Assembly (NCBI GenBank): GCA_017631325.1
Contig: JAGBTM010000006.1
Coordinates: forward strand, 23,159-87,158
From: Clostridia bacterium
GTDB taxonomy: Bacteria > Bacillota > Clostridia > Oscillospirales > CAG-272
Direction: 5' to 3'
Length of the DNA: 64,000 nt
Shown in pieces: positions 45,699-55,810 of the stretch (positions are counted from its first letter, which is position 1; every line of letters begins with the position of its first letter). The translations under genes were made by a program, and so were the position numbers. A model generated the notes under the pieces. The model ran no database searches and had not been told where the DNA came from. It was given only the letters and a program-made list of their open reading frames with translations.

Positions 45699-46352
45699 AT
45701 GATAAGGTGCTGTATATTTGACCTTGACGGTACGCTGCTTAATACCCTAGATACGATAAATTATTATCTTGGCGCAGCGCTCAAAAAAAACGGTATTTCC
45801 CCAATAACGAGGGAGGCGTGTCAAAAATATGTAGGAAACGGTGCAAGACGTCTGATTTCTCGCGCCCTTAGCGAGTGTGGTATCGAGGACGAAAATATAT
45901 TCCGAAAGGTGTTTTGCGACTATAACGCGGCGTATGATGAAAATCCATTCTATTTAACCGAAAAGTACGCCGGCATAGACGAGCTTATTGACACACTGAG
46001 AGAAAGGGGCATCGCCCTTGCTGTTTTCTCAAACAAGCCCGATTTTGCGACACGCTCCGCCATTTCCCGTTTCTTTGGTGATAAATTCAGTATAGTCCGC
46101 GGCGCAACCGATACTATGCCCCTGAAGCCCTCACCCGACGGCGTATACGATATTCTCTCTCGCCTTAACTTTTCGCCCGACGAGTGCGCCTATATCGGTG
46201 ACTCCGAGGTTGACGTTATGACGGGTAAGGCGGCAGGCGTCTTAAAAAATATCGCTGTCAGCTGGGGTTTTCGCTCGCGCGATGAGCTAGGTCGGGCAGG
46301 CGCTGAGATTATCGTTAATTCAGTGGGTGAAATTCTATCGCACGTTCTATAA
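45699..46352 (+). CDS. HAD-IA hydrolase (phosphoglycolate-phosphatase-like)
   Basis: IFDLDGTLLNT (DxDxT), SNKP and YIGDSEVDVMTG motifs. Confidence 0.8.
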   Translation: MIRCCIFDLDGTLLNTLDTINYYLGAALKKNGISPITREACQKYVGNGARRLISRALSECGIEDENIFRKVFCDYNAAYDENPFYLTEKYAGIDELIDTLRERGIALAVFSNKPDFATRSAISRFFGDKFSIVRGATDTMPLKPSPDGVYDILSRLNFSPDECAYIGDSEVDVMTGKAAGVLKNIAVSWGFRSRDELGRAGAEIIVNSVGEILSHVL

Positions 46353-46466
46353 AACAGATGCGAAAAAATAAGTCGCCGAGCAAAATTCACATCTTCTGTC
46401 TCAAGCAAGGCGTTTTTGCTTATGAAATATTTTCGAATATAGCATAGAACCGAAAAAATTATAAAA

Positions 46467-46520
46467 AGCGTTTAGTGTGATACTGCCAACCAAGCATCAC
46501 GCTGAACGCTTTTGTATTTT
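46467..46520. terminator. Bidirectional terminator (15-bp stem with G-U pairs)
   Basis: AGCGTTTAGTGTGAT (46467-46481) pairs with ATCACGCTGAACGCT (46496-46510). It is followed by TTTGTATTTT on the plus strand and TTTTTATAATTTTTT on the minus strand. Confidence 0.65.
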
Positions 46521-47325
46521 ATAGGCGCGTATCGCGCCGTATATTTCTTGGACTCTCTCCGGTTGCCGCCTTAAACATTCTTCTGAAATACGAGGGGTAT
46601 GAAAAGCCAAGCTCAAAGCTTATTTCCTCAATACTCTTTTTCGTGCTTGTGAGAAGCTCGAGGGCCTTTTGAATTATCAGTCTGTTTTTGTACTCTACCG
46701 GCGTACAGCCCATAGCACTTTTGAATTTAGAGTAGAAATGCGACTCGGACAGATTGCAGAGCGAGGCGAGCTCTCCTACCGAAATTTTAGATGCAAAATT
46801 ATTGTCTACATGCTTGATTGCGGGTATTATCGCCTCGGTGTCGCGGCTGATGTACCCCTTTTTCATTTCAGGATATAGATTTGAAAGGAACGTGTAAAGC
46901 GCTCCAAGTGTGCGCATAGGCTCTGTTTCGAAGCGTTCAGCCGCCTTGCATATATCCGTAATATCTACGCCACTTACAATCTGAAAGGGATATTCGTCGT
47001 ATTCAGAGGACTTCGAGAAGCTGTAATTGAGAGAATAAAAGTGAATATCGGGCTCGCCATACCACACTGAATAGTAACGTGTGCTCTTTGCTATGTAAAT
47101 TACGTCACCCGCCTTAGCCCTGAGCCTTTTTCCCTCGTAGAAAAATTCTGCCTCGCCTTCAACGAGCAGTCCTATGCAGGGGTGACGGAAATAAACGAGG
47201 CTTCCCTCACCTCGCCTGTTTAAAAAACGGTAGTCTATACAGTTTAGAAAGTTGATGTAGGGTATTTCCACGCTACTACCCTCCCTTTTTTTCTTTAGTA
47301 TACCATTATAGTATCCTATTGTCAA
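46519..47325 (-). CDS. AraC-family transcriptional regulator (cupin sensor + HTH)
   Basis: The C-terminal double HTH reads LASLCNLSESHFYSKFKSAMGCTPVEYKNRL...LGFSYPSYFRRMFKAATGESP. Confidence 0.85.
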   Translation of the reverse strand: MTIGYYNGILKKKREGSSVEIPYINFLNCIDYRFLNRRGEGSLVYFRHPCIGLLVEGEAEFFYEGKRLRAKAGDVIYIAKSTRYYSVWYGEPDIHFYSLNYSFSKSSEYDEYPFQIVSGVDITDICKAAERFETEPMRTLGALYTFLSNLYPEMKKGYISRDTEAIIPAIKHVDNNFASKISVGELASLCNLSESHFYSKFKSAMGCTPVEYKNRLIIQKALELLTSTKKSIEEISFELGFSYPSYFRRMFKAATGESPRNIRRDTRL

Positions 47326-47483
47326 TGTTTTTTAGTATTTTAGAGCAATAAAACAGAGAATAGTATCCTTTTTTAATAGAATAATCCCTTGCTATTAACG
47401 AGGTGTGATTATATAATAAATGTATAAGGTAAAACGAGAACAAGTATAAAAATAAAATATACCACCAGTAAAGGAAAAAGAGC

Positions 47484-48509
47484 ATGAAAATCAAGAAAAT
47501 AATATTCACAGCACCGAACAAGGCAGAGCTTGTTGAGGGGGAACTTGCAGAGCTCCGGAGTGACGAGGTGCTCGTCAAAACCTCATACTCCACAATTAGC
47601 GCAGGCACAGAGCGTGCAAACCTTGTCGGTGAGCTTAATATAAGCCCCAACTCATATCCTACGTCGAATATCCCCGTCTTTCCGAGGGCTGTCGGCTACT
47701 GCTCGGCAGGTATAGTCGAGGCAGTAGGTGAGGACGTAAAGTCTGTCAAGGTAGGTGACAGAGTAGTCGGAATGTGGTCGAAGCACCAGTCCTACAACGT
47801 ATTTAAGGAAAAGAACGTCGTGAAAATCGAATACGATAATATACCAATGAGAGAGGTTGCGGCAAGCTTTATATCAACGTTTTCGCTCGGTGGACTTCGC
47901 AAGTGCGCGCCCGAGATAGGCGAGTCGTGTATAGTTTTCGGCTTGGGTATTCTCGGTCTGTACGCTGTGCAGATAGCAAAGGCCTCGGGCCTTGTCCCTG
48001 TTATTGCGGTGGACCCTGTTAAAGAAAAGCGCGATATGGCGCTGAAGATGGGCGCGGATTTCGTGTTTGACTCAACCGACTGGGCTCTTGCCGATAAAGT
48101 AAAGGCGCTGACGGGAGGAGGAGCAAAGATTGCCATAGAGGTGACGGGCATAGGTCAGGCGCTTAATCAGGCTCTCGACTGTATGGCGCGCTTTGGCAGA
48201 GTTTCGCTTCTTGGCTGTACGAGAAGCTCCGACTTCACGGTTGATTACTACCGTAAGGTGCATTTTCCCGGCATAACTCTAGTCGGAGCGCACACCAACG
48301 CTCGCCCCGACCTTCAGTCGCGCCCTGGCAACTACACCGACGCTGACGATATGAGGACGATACTCAAGCTTCTCGGCACGGGGCGTCTTGATTACTCTTT
48401 TGTTATATCCGAGCTCCACAAGCCCGAAGAGGCAGAAGAGGTATTCTCCCGTCTTGCCTTTGACAAGAATTTTCCCGTTGGCGTTCAGTTCGACTGGACC
48501 GAGTGCTAA
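47484..48509 (+). CDS. Medium-chain dehydrogenase/reductase (zinc-type alcohol dehydrogenase-like)
   Basis: A GroES-like N-terminus (EVLVKTSYSTISAGTE...GYCSAGIVEAVG) and a Rossmann motif, VFGLGILGL. Confidence 0.75.
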   Translation: MKIKKIIFTAPNKAELVEGELAELRSDEVLVKTSYSTISAGTERANLVGELNISPNSYPTSNIPVFPRAVGYCSAGIVEAVGEDVKSVKVGDRVVGMWSKHQSYNVFKEKNVVKIEYDNIPMREVAASFISTFSLGGLRKCAPEIGESCIVFGLGILGLYAVQIAKASGLVPVIAVDPVKEKRDMALKMGADFVFDSTDWALADKVKALTGGGAKIAIEVTGIGQALNQALDCMARFGRVSLLGCTRSSDFTVDYYRKVHFPGITLVGAHTNARPDLQSRPGNYTDADDMRTILKLLGTGRLDYSFVISELHKPEEAEEVFSRLAFDKNFPVGVQFDWTEC

Positions 48510-48575
48510 GTGTATGGGCGTGTTAAGAAATTCGCGAGAAAACCTAAAAAATAAACCAAATTCAGAGGCTGGAAA

Positions 48576-49598
48576 ATGAAGAAAATAAGAATAGTTCACT
48601 ACGGAATAGGCCACGACCACAGCCCGCAGTATCTCGACGCTATCAAGGAGTACCCTGACGTATTCGAGATACTCGGCGTGTGCGAGCCGAATGAAAAAAT
48701 GCGTGAGGAATGCGGACACTTCGACGCCTACAAGGGCCTTAAGTGGCTCACAGAGGAAGAAATGTTTAAGCTAGATGGGGTTGACGCCGTTATGGTAGAG
48801 GCGCACGACCTTGACCTTGTAAAATACGCGCAGAAGTGCGCCGACCGTGGCTGGCACATACATATGGATAAGGCAGCAGGGGTGGATATCGAAGCCTTTA
48901 AAAAGCTTCTTCGCACCGTAAAAGAGAAAAATCTCGTCTTTCAGATGGGATATATGTTCCGTTACAACGCTATAATAAAATACGCCCTTGAGGAAAAGAG
49001 GCTTGGTCACCTTGGTGAGATTTACCACATGGACGCCTTTATGAATACGCGTCACCCGAGGGATAAGCGCGAGTGGATGTCACACCTGCCGGGTGGCGAT
49101 ATGCTGTATCTCGGCTGTCACATGGTTGATATGATTTTGCTTTTTCAAGGTATCCCAAACCGCATAATTCCCCTGAATAAAAACACAGGCCTTGACGGAC
49201 TTGATTACCCCGACGAGTGCGCAGCGGTTTTTGAATACGACAAGGGAGTGTCGTTCGTAAGGGCTAGCGCAGTCGAGGTAAACGGCTACGGCAGACGGCA
49301 GGTAGTAATATGCGGCTCGGATAAGACTATTGAAGTCAGACGTCTTGAGGCCCCCACAATTGCAAGGGTGACGGATATCAAAAATGCAGCTACCTACGCT
49401 GAAAAATCCGAGAAAATGAGGGTAGAGCAGAACTCTATACTCGAAAGATATTACGAAATGATGCTCGACTTTGCCGCCTTTGTCAGAGGCGAGAAGGAAA
49501 ACCCCTATACCCTCGAATATGAATACACCCTGCAGAAGCTGGTGCTTGCCGCGTGCGGTATGGATATTGACTATAAGAAGTGTGACCTTTTTGACTAA
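48576..49598 (+). CDS. Gfo/Idh/MocA-family oxidoreductase
   Basis: An N-terminal MKKIRIVHYGIGHDHS Rossmann start, and 340 aa typical of the family. Confidence 0.75.
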   Translation: MKKIRIVHYGIGHDHSPQYLDAIKEYPDVFEILGVCEPNEKMREECGHFDAYKGLKWLTEEEMFKLDGVDAVMVEAHDLDLVKYAQKCADRGWHIHMDKAAGVDIEAFKKLLRTVKEKNLVFQMGYMFRYNAIIKYALEEKRLGHLGEIYHMDAFMNTRHPRDKREWMSHLPGGDMLYLGCHMVDMILLFQGIPNRIIPLNKNTGLDGLDYPDECAAVFEYDKGVSFVRASAVEVNGYGRRQVVICGSDKTIEVRRLEAPTIARVTDIKNAATYAEKSEKMRVEQNSILERYYEMMLDFAAFVRGEKENPYTLEYEYTLQKLVLAACGMDIDYKKCDLFD

Positions 49599-49775
49599 TA
49601 TAACGGCTGAATTTGAAAGTACAAACAAAATATGAGACTGATACGCAAGGCTTTTAGCACGTTATGTTTTTGTCTATCACTTATAAGAGCGAGACGTGTT
49701 TTTAAGACGCAAATTTAACAAAAAGGCTGAAAAGCAAACTAATATTTACATATACTATGAATTGAGGTAAATAAA

Positions 49776-50759
49776 ATGAAGGCAATACTTATAAATGATG
49801 ATAAAAGTCTTAGATGGGACGAGGTGCCAAATCCTACTGTAAAGGATGACGAGGTGCTCGTTAAGATAGAGGCTGCGGCTCTCAACCGCGCAGACCTTAT
49901 GCAAAGAGAGGGTGACTATCCACCGCCTGCAGGATGCCCCGAGTGGATGGGACTTGAGGTTGCGGGCGAGATTATAGAGATGGGCAAGGACGTCAGCGCC
50001 CTGTCGGAGTGGAAAATTGGTGACAAGGTATGCGCGCTTCTTGGAGGAGGCGGATACGCCGAGTACGTCAGCGTTAAGTACGATATGCTCATGCCAGTGC
50101 CGAAAAACTGCTCGATGGTAGAAGCTGCGGCCATTCCCGAGGCGTTTGCCACGGCCTACCTTAACCTCTTTATTGAGGGTAAAATCAAGGAGGGTAACAC
50201 TCTTCTTATGAATGCCGGCGCATCGGGACTTGCGAGCGTAATAATACCTATGGCAAAGGCGTTCGGTATTAGGGTTATAACCACCGTTCTTACCGACGAA
50301 ATCAAGGAAAATATCAAGCATCTTAACGCCGACCGCGTGGTTGTTACGACGAAAGAGGATATTTCGGCAGTTCTCAAAGAGGAGCTTGAGGCAGGACACC
50401 CCGTTGACGTGGCTATTGACTGTCTTGGCGGTGAGATTATGGGTAAGTGCATACATTACCTCACTCACGGCGCGCGCTGGATTATGATTGCGGCGCTTGC
50501 AGGCACTAAGACCGAAATTGACCTTAAAAACATCTACGTCAGAAACGTCAGAATTATAGGCAGTACCCTGCGCTCAAGAGCCCCTGAGGTAAAGGCAGAA
50601 ATCCTTGCGGGAATAGTGCGCGACGTATATCCTAAAATCGAGGCAGGCCTCGTAAAGCCGACTATCCATGCAGTACTTCCGATCAGGGAGGCAGAGGCGG
50701 CACACGATATTCTCTATAAGGGCAAGAACGTCGGTAAGGTCGTTTTGACCGTAAATTAA
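49776..50759 (+). CDS. NAD(P)H:quinone oxidoreductase (zeta-crystallin/PIG3-like MDR)
   Basis: EVLVKIEAAALNRADLMQREGDYPPP, GLEVAGEI and AGASGLAS motifs. Confidence 0.8.
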   Translation: MKAILINDDKSLRWDEVPNPTVKDDEVLVKIEAAALNRADLMQREGDYPPPAGCPEWMGLEVAGEIIEMGKDVSALSEWKIGDKVCALLGGGGYAEYVSVKYDMLMPVPKNCSMVEAAAIPEAFATAYLNLFIEGKIKEGNTLLMNAGASGLASVIIPMAKAFGIRVITTVLTDEIKENIKHLNADRVVVTTKEDISAVLKEELEAGHPVDVAIDCLGGEIMGKCIHYLTHGARWIMIAALAGTKTEIDLKNIYVRNVRIIGSTLRSRAPEVKAEILAGIVRDVYPKIEAGLVKPTIHAVLPIREAEAAHDILYKGKNVGKVVLTVN

Positions 50760-50799
50760 CCAAATCCCACCCACAAAAATAAAACCTCAGGGGTAGAAA

Positions 50800-52617
50800 A
50801 TGGAAAAAATCAGAACTGCACGATTTAAATATTCGGGCACGATAGACCGTGCCCTGCGCTATATAGAGAAAATACAGCTTGGGGACAGGGCACTCTGGGA
50901 CAGCGTTATCTCGCCTTTTTATAACGGATGCGACAGCGAGGGCTGGCGTGGAGAGTACTTTGGCAAGCTCATGCGAGGCGGAGTGTCGGTCTACAAATAC
51001 ACTCGCGATCCCGAGCTTTACCGGACCTTGACCTATGCTGTAAAAAAGCTTATTTTGGCTCAGGACGGCCTCGGTAGAATAAGCACGTACTCTCCTAAAT
51101 ACGAGTTCTCGGACTGGGACGTATGGTGCAGAAAGTACGTTATGTACGGCCTTATCTACTACCTCGATATTTGCGAGGACAGGGCGCTGTACGAGATGGT
51201 CAAGGCGACGCTCATTCGCCACGGCAATTACATAGTAGATAAAATAGGCAGGGAAGAGGACGGCAAGGTTGAGATAGTCAAGACGGCAAGCTTCTGGCTC
51301 GGTGTAAATTCCGCCTCAATTCTCAGACCCTTCGTTATGCTATATAAGATTACCGGCGAGTGTAGGTATCTCGATTTTGCCGAGTACGTTATCTCAACGG
51401 GCGGTACGGACGGTACAAGCCTCATTGACGTTGCTGTTGAGAAGGGATATTTCGACTTCGTAAATTACGTAAGCTCTATGGGCTGCGTTAAAGAGGGTAA
51501 TCTTATTGAGCTTGCAAGCGAGGACAAAATATTCCCGTATCAGTATCCCGAAACCAAGGCGTATGAGACTATATCCTTCTTCGAGGGCGTTCTTGAATAC
51601 GCGACTGTCAAAAACGACAAGCGCCTAATTGACGCATGTATGAAATTTGGTGAGAGAGTGCTAAAGACTGACCTTACTATCGTTGGGGCTGTCGGTTGCT
51701 ACGACGAAATTTTCAACAATTCAACGAAAAATCAGGTAAGATACAGCGAAAAGCACATGCAGGAAACCTGCGTTGTAGTAACTCTTATGGAGTATCTCTC
51801 GCGAATGTACGAGTACAACAGAGACGCGCGCTATATCGATTATATTGAGCGTTCGCTTTACAATGCTTTCCTCGGCGCTATAAACTATAATTACGGCAAA
51901 AACGGTGGGCTTCCATTCGATAGCTACTCGCCCTTAATCAACAACCGACGCGGACTTCTCGTGGCAGGAAAGCAGTACCTGCCCGACGGCTCGTACTACG
52001 GTTGCTGCGCTGCTATTGGCTCGATGGGCTTTTGCGCACCTACCTCGCTCGGTGTTACCGAGAGTGACACGGGCGTTTGCATTTCCATTTACGAGAGTGG
52101 CGCGGTAGAGTATAAGGGAGCTAAAATCAAGATAGAAACGGAGTACCCGTTCGATGGCGAAATTTCGCTGAAAATTGAAACAGATACCCCTACTTTATTC
52201 TCGATTTCTTTGCGTATTCCCTCGTGGTGTCGCTTGTATAAAATCAACAAAAACGAAAGAAAACTCGACACGCCCCCCATAAACAGCTGGGTAACGCTTA
52301 CGGACGAGTGGCAAAACGGGGATATCGTGAAGCTACAGCTCGATATGCCCTTCGTGTATCACCCGTCCGAGAGCTTTGACCCCACCGTTACCGACCGCTT
52401 TGCTATAACGCGAGGCCCTATCGTCTACGCTGCAGAAAACAGAGAGTACTCACTCGCTGCTCCCTGTATAGAGGATATTTCGTTTGAAAAGACGAAAAGA
52501 GAGGGAGCTTTGTCCTCCTATATTATAAAAACTAAAAGCGAGCAGCTGCCCGTATGCAATTACAGCAGTGTCGGCTTGGACTGGAAAACGAATGTCACCG
52601 TCTGGCTGAAAAAGTAA
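50800..52617 (+). CDS. Glycoside hydrolase family 127-like protein (DUF1680 / beta-L-arabinofuranosidase-type)
   Basis: 605 aa. WRGEYFGKLMRG...AQDGLGRISTY, QETCVVV and YYGCCAAIG resemble the GH127 ETC and CC Cys-ligand motifs. The call rests on memory of the motifs only. Confidence 0.55.
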   Translation: MEKIRTARFKYSGTIDRALRYIEKIQLGDRALWDSVISPFYNGCDSEGWRGEYFGKLMRGGVSVYKYTRDPELYRTLTYAVKKLILAQDGLGRISTYSPKYEFSDWDVWCRKYVMYGLIYYLDICEDRALYEMVKATLIRHGNYIVDKIGREEDGKVEIVKTASFWLGVNSASILRPFVMLYKITGECRYLDFAEYVISTGGTDGTSLIDVAVEKGYFDFVNYVSSMGCVKEGNLIELASEDKIFPYQYPETKAYETISFFEGVLEYATVKNDKRLIDACMKFGERVLKTDLTIVGAVGCYDEIFNNSTKNQVRYSEKHMQETCVVVTLMEYLSRMYEYNRDARYIDYIERSLYNAFLGAINYNYGKNGGLPFDSYSPLINNRRGLLVAGKQYLPDGSYYGCCAAIGSMGFCAPTSLGVTESDTGVCISIYESGAVEYKGAKIKIETEYPFDGEISLKIETDTPTLFSISLRIPSWCRLYKINKNERKLDTPPINSWVTLTDEWQNGDIVKLQLDMPFVYHPSESFDPTVTDRFAITRGPIVYAAENREYSLAAPCIEDISFEKTKREGALSSYIIKTKSEQLPVCNYSSVGLDWKTNVTVWLKK

Positions 52618-52638
52618 TATGTTTCGGGCAAAATAAAA

Positions 52639-52662
52639 ATCGGGGCGCGGCTGCGCCCCGAT
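52639..52662. terminator. GC-rich bidirectional terminator between GH127-like gene and prfB
   Basis: ATCGGGGCGC ggct GCGCCCCGAT is a perfect 10-bp stem. A strong T-run (TTTTTATTTT) follows on the minus strand. Confidence 0.8.
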
Positions 52663-52669
52663 ACTGCTT

Positions 52670-53797
52670 TTATTTACTGTTTTCCTCGCCCTCGACCGAG
52701 ATGTGCTTGAGATAAGCGTTGATAAAGCCGTCTATCTCGCCGTCCATAACCGAGTCGATATTGCCGTCCTCGTAGCCGGTTCTCGTGTCCTTTGCGAGAG
52801 TGTAGGGCATAAATACGTAGCTTCGTATCTGGCTGCCCCACTCGATATTTGCCTTGTTGCCCTGAATGTCCTCTATTCTGTCAAGCTTCTCGCGTAGCTT
52901 GATTTCCATAAGCTTTGCCTTAAGCATTTTGAGAGCCGTTTCCTTGTTCTGAAGCTGGCTTCTCTCGGTCTGACAGCCGACGACGATACCCGTAGGCTTG
53001 TGAACTATTCTGATGGCCGAGTCGGTCTTGTTGATATGCTGACCTCCTGCGCCTGAGGAACGGTGCGCAGTTATATCGAGGTCCTCGTCGCGAAGAACGA
53101 TAGTGTCGTCGTCCTCGAACTCAGGCATAACCTCAACCGATGCAAACGAGGTATGGCGTCTGCCCGACGAGTCGAAGGGGGAAACTCTGACGAGTCTGTG
53201 TACTCCGTTCTCGCTCTTAAGATAGCCGTATGCGTTGATGCCCTCAACCATAATGGTAGCGGACTTAAGGCCTGCCTCGTCACCGTCGAGCCAGTCGATA
53301 AGCTTGACGTTAAAGCCGCTCTTCTCGCCCCAACGGGTGTACATACGGTAGAGCATAGAAGCCCAGTCCTGAGCCTCGGTACCGCCGGCGCCGGGGTGGA
53401 ATGAAACTATGGCGTTGTTTCTATCATAGGGGCCCGAGAGAAGAACCTCAATACGCTTTCTCTCTGCCTCGCTCTCTATATAGTCGGTTTCGGAAAGAAC
53501 CTCCTCGACCGAGTCCTCGTCGGAGGCCTCGATAGCCATCTCACAGAGAGTGTAGGTGTCCTCGAGCTTTGAGAGAAGCGCCTCGTAGCTCTCGTACTTA
53601 TCCTTCATCTGCTTGATTTCGCGCAGCTTCTTTGAGGAGCGTTCGGCATCGTCCCAGAAATCTGCCACGAGCGTTTCGCGCTCAAGCTCAGCGCATCTTT
53701 CCTTAGTTTCATCTATTCTCAGCTGACGGCCAAGCTCCGAGAGTACGTCCTCGAGCGCGACCAGTCGTCTTTTTGCTTCTTCAAGAGCAACAATCAT
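52670..53797 (-). CDS. prfB: Peptide chain release factor 2 (uninterrupted frame)
   Basis: SPF (VRVSPFDS) and GGQ (SGAGGQHINK) motifs; 375 aa in one frame. Confidence 0.95.
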   Translation of the reverse strand: MIVALEEAKRRLVALEDVLSELGRQLRIDETKERCAELERETLVADFWDDAERSSKKLREIKQMKDKYESYEALLSKLEDTYTLCEMAIEASDEDSVEEVLSETDYIESEAERKRIEVLLSGPYDRNNAIVSFHPGAGGTEAQDWASMLYRMYTRWGEKSGFNVKLIDWLDGDEAGLKSATIMVEGINAYGYLKSENGVHRLVRVSPFDSSGRRHTSFASVEVMPEFEDDDTIVLRDEDLDITAHRSSGAGGQHINKTDSAIRIVHKPTGIVVGCQTERSQLQNKETALKMLKAKLMEIKLREKLDRIEDIQGNKANIEWGSQIRSYVFMPYTLAKDTRTGYEDGNIDSVMDGEIDGFINAYLKHISVEGEENSK

Positions 53798-53971
53798 GTT
53801 TTGGTTTCCTTTTCAGAAAGTAATTTACAAGTGCTTTTATTATCCACCGATATATTTTAACATAAACCGAAGAAAATGTAAATAGCATTTTAAAATATTT
53901 AATTTTCGGTTGATTTTTGCTTTAAGATATGCTATTATATACATATACAAATTATAAGGCAGGTAAACACA

Positions 53972-54172
53972 ATGACAGTTACTAAGGATACACTCATAGG
54001 TGATATTCTCGACTTTGACGTCGAGTGCGCTAAATTTTTCTTTGAAATAGGCATGCATTGTCTCGGTTGCCCTCATTCCAGAGGCGAGTCTATCGAGGAC
54101 GCGTGTTACGTTCACGGCACCAATGCCGACGAGCTTGTAAAGAAGATAAACGACTTTCTTTCGTCTAAATGA
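53972..54172 (+). CDS. DUF1858 / hybrid-cluster-associated redox disulfide domain protein
   Basis: 66 aa. TLIGDIL...GMHCLGCPHSRGESIEDAC..HG matches the small CxxC protein family. Confidence 0.7.
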   Translation: MTVTKDTLIGDILDFDVECAKFFFEIGMHCLGCPHSRGESIEDACYVHGTNADELVKKINDFLSSK

Positions 54173-54864
54173 GTGATTTAAGAATACGCGCGCGTCTGTT
54201 ATCTGCGGCGTCGCTCGTCAGGCAGGGAGCGCTGTTTGCCGATATAGGCACCGACCACGCTTACCTGCCTATTTTTTTGCTTAAAGAGGGCAAAATTGAT
54301 CACGCAATAGCGAGCGATATAAACGAGGGACCGCTAAGCAAGGCTCGTGAGAACGTCGCTTCGGCAGGTCTTTCGGATAAGGTCGATTTTTTTCTGTGCG
54401 ACGGTGCAAGAGCGCTTTGTGACAGCGGTGCAACCGACTATGCAGTATGCGGTATGGGTGGCGAGCTTATAGCCGATATAATTCGCTCGGCAGAGCATCT
54501 TAAATCAGATGGCGTGCGCCTGATTTTACAGCCTATGACACGAGAGGGACATCTTCGAAGATTTCTCTATGAGAATGGCTTCGATATACTTTCGGAGACC
54601 TACTCCTACGATTCAGGTAAATATTACGTAACCCTCTGTTCTCACTACACGGGTACCCCCGTGTCGCTTTCCGAGAGCGAATACGCGCTGGGGCGCGAGG
54701 GAATACCGCGCATAAATTCCGAGGCAGAGCGCGGCTATCTTCAAACGAAGCAGAGAGCCTATGAGCGCGCAGCCGTCGGCAAGAGCCTTGGCGGTGAGTC
54801 GGGGAGCGTCGAGCGTGAAATTATAGAGCTGATAAAGAGTAGACTTGAAGCCTTGCATAAATAA
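54169..54864 (+). CDS. trmK: tRNA (adenine22-N1)-methyltransferase
   Basis: The ADIGTDHAYLPIFL motif, 231 aa, followed by a Nif3 homologue as in Bacillus yqfN-yqfO. Confidence 0.85.
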   Translation: MSDLRIRARLLSAASLVRQGALFADIGTDHAYLPIFLLKEGKIDHAIASDINEGPLSKARENVASAGLSDKVDFFLCDGARALCDSGATDYAVCGMGGELIADIIRSAEHLKSDGVRLILQPMTREGHLRRFLYENGFDILSETYSYDSGKYYVTLCSHYTGTPVSLSESEYALGREGIPRINSEAERGYLQTKQRAYERAAVGKSLGGESGSVEREIIELIKSRLEALHK

Positions 54865-54889
54865 TACTATCTCACCGAGGAGATTTTCT

Positions 54890-55651
54890 ATGACAGTAAA
54901 CGAATTATACGAAAAATTTAATGAAAAAATACCCGAGAGCCTTTCTGAGCAGTGGGATAACGACGGTCTTATGTGCTGTGCCGACGGTACTCAGGAGGTC
55001 TCGCGCGTGCTCGTTACACTTGACGTCACCGACGAGATAGTTGATTATGCTATATCCTCGCACTTTGATTTGATTATCTCGCACCACCCCCTGATTTTTC
55101 GTCCTCTTTCTGCGCTTACCGAGGAAAATCACGTGGCAAGAAAGGTTATTAAGCTTCTCACATCGGCAGTTTCGGTGTTCTCGTTCCACACCCGTGCAGA
55201 TAAGGTGTCAGGCGGTGTCAACGACCAGCTTGCCGAGCTTATAGGAGTACACGAGGCTGTGCCCTTTGGGGAGGGGCTTCTTGGCAGAATAGGAACGGTA
55301 GACGAGGAGTGCGAGCTTGAGGAGTTCGTGTGCTTGGTTAAGCAGTCGATTAATGCCGATACAGTGCGCTATGCCGATGCCTTTAACTCGGTGAAAAAGG
55401 TTGCCGTAGTTGGCGGTGACGGTAAGGATTTCGTTAAGGCAGCCATCGAAGCCGGAGCCGATACCTACGTTTCAGGCCGTATAGGCTATAATCTCATGGA
55501 GGAGGCCTCCGGTCTTGGTATTAATCTTATCGAGGCAGGCCATTTCTTCACCGAGCAGCCCGTTACCGATTTCTTCGTGGACCTTGTGTCTGAGTTTGAC
55601 CCCGATATTTACGTCGAGACGGTGGATTCTAACGCTATAAAGGTAATTTAA
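54890..55651 (+). CDS. Nif3-family dinuclear-metal-centre protein
   Basis: DNDGL, ISHHPLIF and LIEAGHFFTE motifs. ATG 54890 follows GAGGAG. Confidence 0.85.
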   Translation: MTVNELYEKFNEKIPESLSEQWDNDGLMCCADGTQEVSRVLVTLDVTDEIVDYAISSHFDLIISHHPLIFRPLSALTEENHVARKVIKLLTSAVSVFSFHTRADKVSGGVNDQLAELIGVHEAVPFGEGLLGRIGTVDEECELEEFVCLVKQSINADTVRYADAFNSVKKVAVVGGDGKDFVKAAIEAGADTYVSGRIGYNLMEEASGLGINLIEAGHFFTEQPVTDFFVDLVSEFDPDIYVETVDSNAIKVI

Positions 55652-55767
55652 AAGTCCTTTGACGTTCTTTCTCGAAAGAAGCAATCTTAAGCGTGAGAGA
55701 CAAATAAAAAACAACCTATACAAATAACAAACCGTAAACAAGCAACAAATAACAACAAATAACAAAA

Positions 55768-55810
55768 ACGCTATTTCCGAAGATATTGCTCGGAAATAGC
55801 GTTTTTCTTT
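55768..55810 (+). terminator. Rho-independent terminator after nif3
   Basis: ACGCTATTTCCGA pairs with TCGGAAATAGCGT (13-bp stem, 9-nt loop), then TTTTCTTTT. Confidence 0.8.

Noticed and set aside
49755-50468. 237-aa minus-strand ORF, together with 49080-49628 and 50683-51222
   Set aside because: All three are antisense to well-supported plus-strand oxidoreductase and GH127-like genes. Their translations are motif-less.
53690-53797. Programmed +1 frameshift in prfB
   Set aside because: The frame is continuous from Met1 through the conserved KER at residues 32-34, and no CTT TGA is present. This is reported only as a minor observation.
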